Shown here: positions 27,771-29,055 of the stretch, piece by piece
How positions within the stretch are numbered: the stretch's first letter is position 1
How the letters are laid out: each line of letters opens with the position of its first letter
IMG/VR virus record: IMGVR_UViG_3300008261_000112
Span: 1 to 29,055 of that record
Source of the DNA: a virus
Taxonomy: Duplodnaviria > Caudoviricetes
Length of the DNA stretch: 29,055 bases
Reading direction: 5' to 3' (one strand)
The notes under the pieces: model-generated
Told to the model about the DNA's origin: nothing
What the model saw: only the letters and a program-made list of their open reading frames with translations
Database searches by the model: none
Position numbers and translations under genes: made by a program

Positions 27771-28991
27771 ATGGCATATACAATTGTTAAAAGTGATGGT
27801 ACAGTACTAACAACCATTGCTGATGGAACTATTAATACTACTAGCACAAGTTTAGGCTTGCCTGGTAGGAATTTTGCAGGATATGGACAAACTGTAGACA
27901 CAAACTTTGTGCACCAGATTGAAAACTATGCGGCAAATACACCACCTGCAAACCCACTACGTGGTCAATTATGGTATGATATTAATAACAGCTTGCTAAA
28001 AGTATGTCCTACTAATTATCAAACAAACGCAAATGCTTGGGTTACACTTGCAACAAGTTCAGGAACATCTACTACGACATTTGGAACAGTATCGGTAACT
28101 GGTAACCTTAGTGCAAATAATGCAAATATTCAAAATGCTATTGTCGGGGACACAATTACAGTTCGTTTAGCTACAGTTACTGCAAATGCTACGATGGCTA
28201 ATGCCGCAATTACAACAGGTAATATTGGTACATTAAACACTCAAAGTATCACAACCGGTAGTGCAGCCACAGCAGGTGCAATTACAGGTACATGGACATT
28301 CACAGGTGGTACAGGAACAACATCAAACGCATTGATTGTTACTAACGGTGTTATCAATGCAGTTAACGGTATCAAAACTGATAATTATTATTACGCTAAC
28401 GGTGCAAACTTTAACCCAACCGGTAGCTATACTAATGGTAATGTGTTTGACTATTTGACTGGATCAAATTCAGTTGTCCAGTTCACTGGTAATATTGCTC
28501 CGGACAGAGTTACAACAACAAATATTACAACTGGTGCAAATACAACTGCAGGTACTATGACAGGTAATTTCACACTAACTACAGGTTCACGCCTACAATC
28601 AACTTATGCTGACTTGGCAGAACGCTTTGAAGCTGATGCTATATATGATGCAGGTACTGTAGTTGAAATGGGCGGAGATAAAGAGATTACTTCAGTACAA
28701 TACGAATTATCAGAAGATGTATTTGGTGTTGTATCAACTACAGCGGGTTACTTGATGAACGCAGGCGCCGGAGATGATTCAACTCATCCTCCAATCGCTG
28801 TTAGTGGCCGAGTTCAGGTAAAAGTAATAGGTAAGGTTAAAAAAGGTCAGCGTCTAGTAAGCGCCGGCAATGGCATGGCACGTGTCGCACAAAAGGGTGA
28901 GGCTACTGCATTCAATATAATCGGTCGTTCATTGGAAAATAAACTGACTGATGAAATAGGGGCCGTAGAAGCCTTCGTTAAAATAAATTAA
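27771..28991 (+). CDS. Tail fibre/appendage protein with C-terminal intramolecular chaperone-like domain (Peptidase_G2-like)
   Basis: N-terminal attachment-type region (PPANPLRGQLWYD); T/N/G/A-rich beta-repeat shaft; then STYADLAERF...GTVV...VFGVVS...PIAVSGRVQVKVIGKVKKGQRLVS...IIGRSLE. Confidence 0.7.
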   Translation: MAYTIVKSDGTVLTTIADGTINTTSTSLGLPGRNFAGYGQTVDTNFVHQIENYAANTPPANPLRGQLWYDINNSLLKVCPTNYQTNANAWVTLATSSGTSTTTFGTVSVTGNLSANNANIQNAIVGDTITVRLATVTANATMANAAITTGNIGTLNTQSITTGSAATAGAITGTWTFTGGTGTTSNALIVTNGVINAVNGIKTDNYYYANGANFNPTGSYTNGNVFDYLTGSNSVVQFTGNIAPDRVTTTNITTGANTTAGTMTGNFTLTTGSRLQSTYADLAERFEADAIYDAGTVVEMGGDKEITSVQYELSEDVFGVVSTTAGYLMNAGAGDDSTHPPIAVSGRVQVKVIGKVKKGQRLVSAGNGMARVAQKGEATAFNIIGRSLENKLTDEIGAVEAFVKIN

Positions 28992-29001
28992 GGATAAAAA
29001 A

Positions 29002-29055
29002 ATGAGTTACGCACAATTTGGTTCAATTCAAGCATCAGACTACAACACATTAGTA
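29002..29055 (+). CDS. 5' end of next gene (3'-truncated), probably structural
   Basis: SD-like AAGGA at 28990-28994; ATG at 29002; open to the window end as MSYAQFGSIQASDYNTLV. Confidence 0.7.
   Translation, partial: MSYAQFGSIQASDYNTLV

Larger units (their letters stand above)
1..29055 (+). mobile_element. Segment of a large myovirus-like (probably jumbo) phage genome: baseplate/tail morphogenesis module
   Basis: Co-oriented, tightly packed gp5-, gp25- and gp6-like genes and fibre genes; recurrent late-promoter-like ATAAATA motif; no cellular housekeeping genes. No integration features are visible, so prophage versus free phage cannot be decided. Confidence 0.9.

Noticed and set aside
1-29055. 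Stop-codon reassignment, introns/inteins, CRISPR arrays, tRNAs or a diversity-generating retroelement
   Set aside because: The standard code gives near-complete coding density with TAA/TGA stops. I saw no intein, homing endonuclease or reverse transcriptase motifs and no near-identical long DNA repeats, and intergenic gaps are too short for RNA genes. TAG usage cannot be judged from these genes.

Overview
The whole window is a gene-dense, AT-rich, entirely + strand block of virion structural genes from a large (probably jumbo) myovirus-type bacteriophage. In order it holds: the 3' end of an upstream gene, a T4 gp5/VgrG-like central spike with a long Ala/Gly-rich C-terminal extension (1108 aa), a gp25-like wedge protein, a gp6-like wedge protein (1130 aa), a giant 6419 aa multidomain baseplate protein, an unannotated ~50 aa ORF, a 206 aa tail-collar-like protein, a 406 aa fibre with a C-terminal self-cleaving chaperone-like domain, and the start of another gene. 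A T4-late-promoter-like motif (G/C)ATAA(A/G)TA precedes five of the genes. The most notable points are the nested, domain-within-domain repeat architecture of the 6419 aa protein, the extended spike, and the small ORF that duplicates the N-terminal motif of its downstream neighbour. All family assignments come from motifs recognised by eye; no database searches were run.
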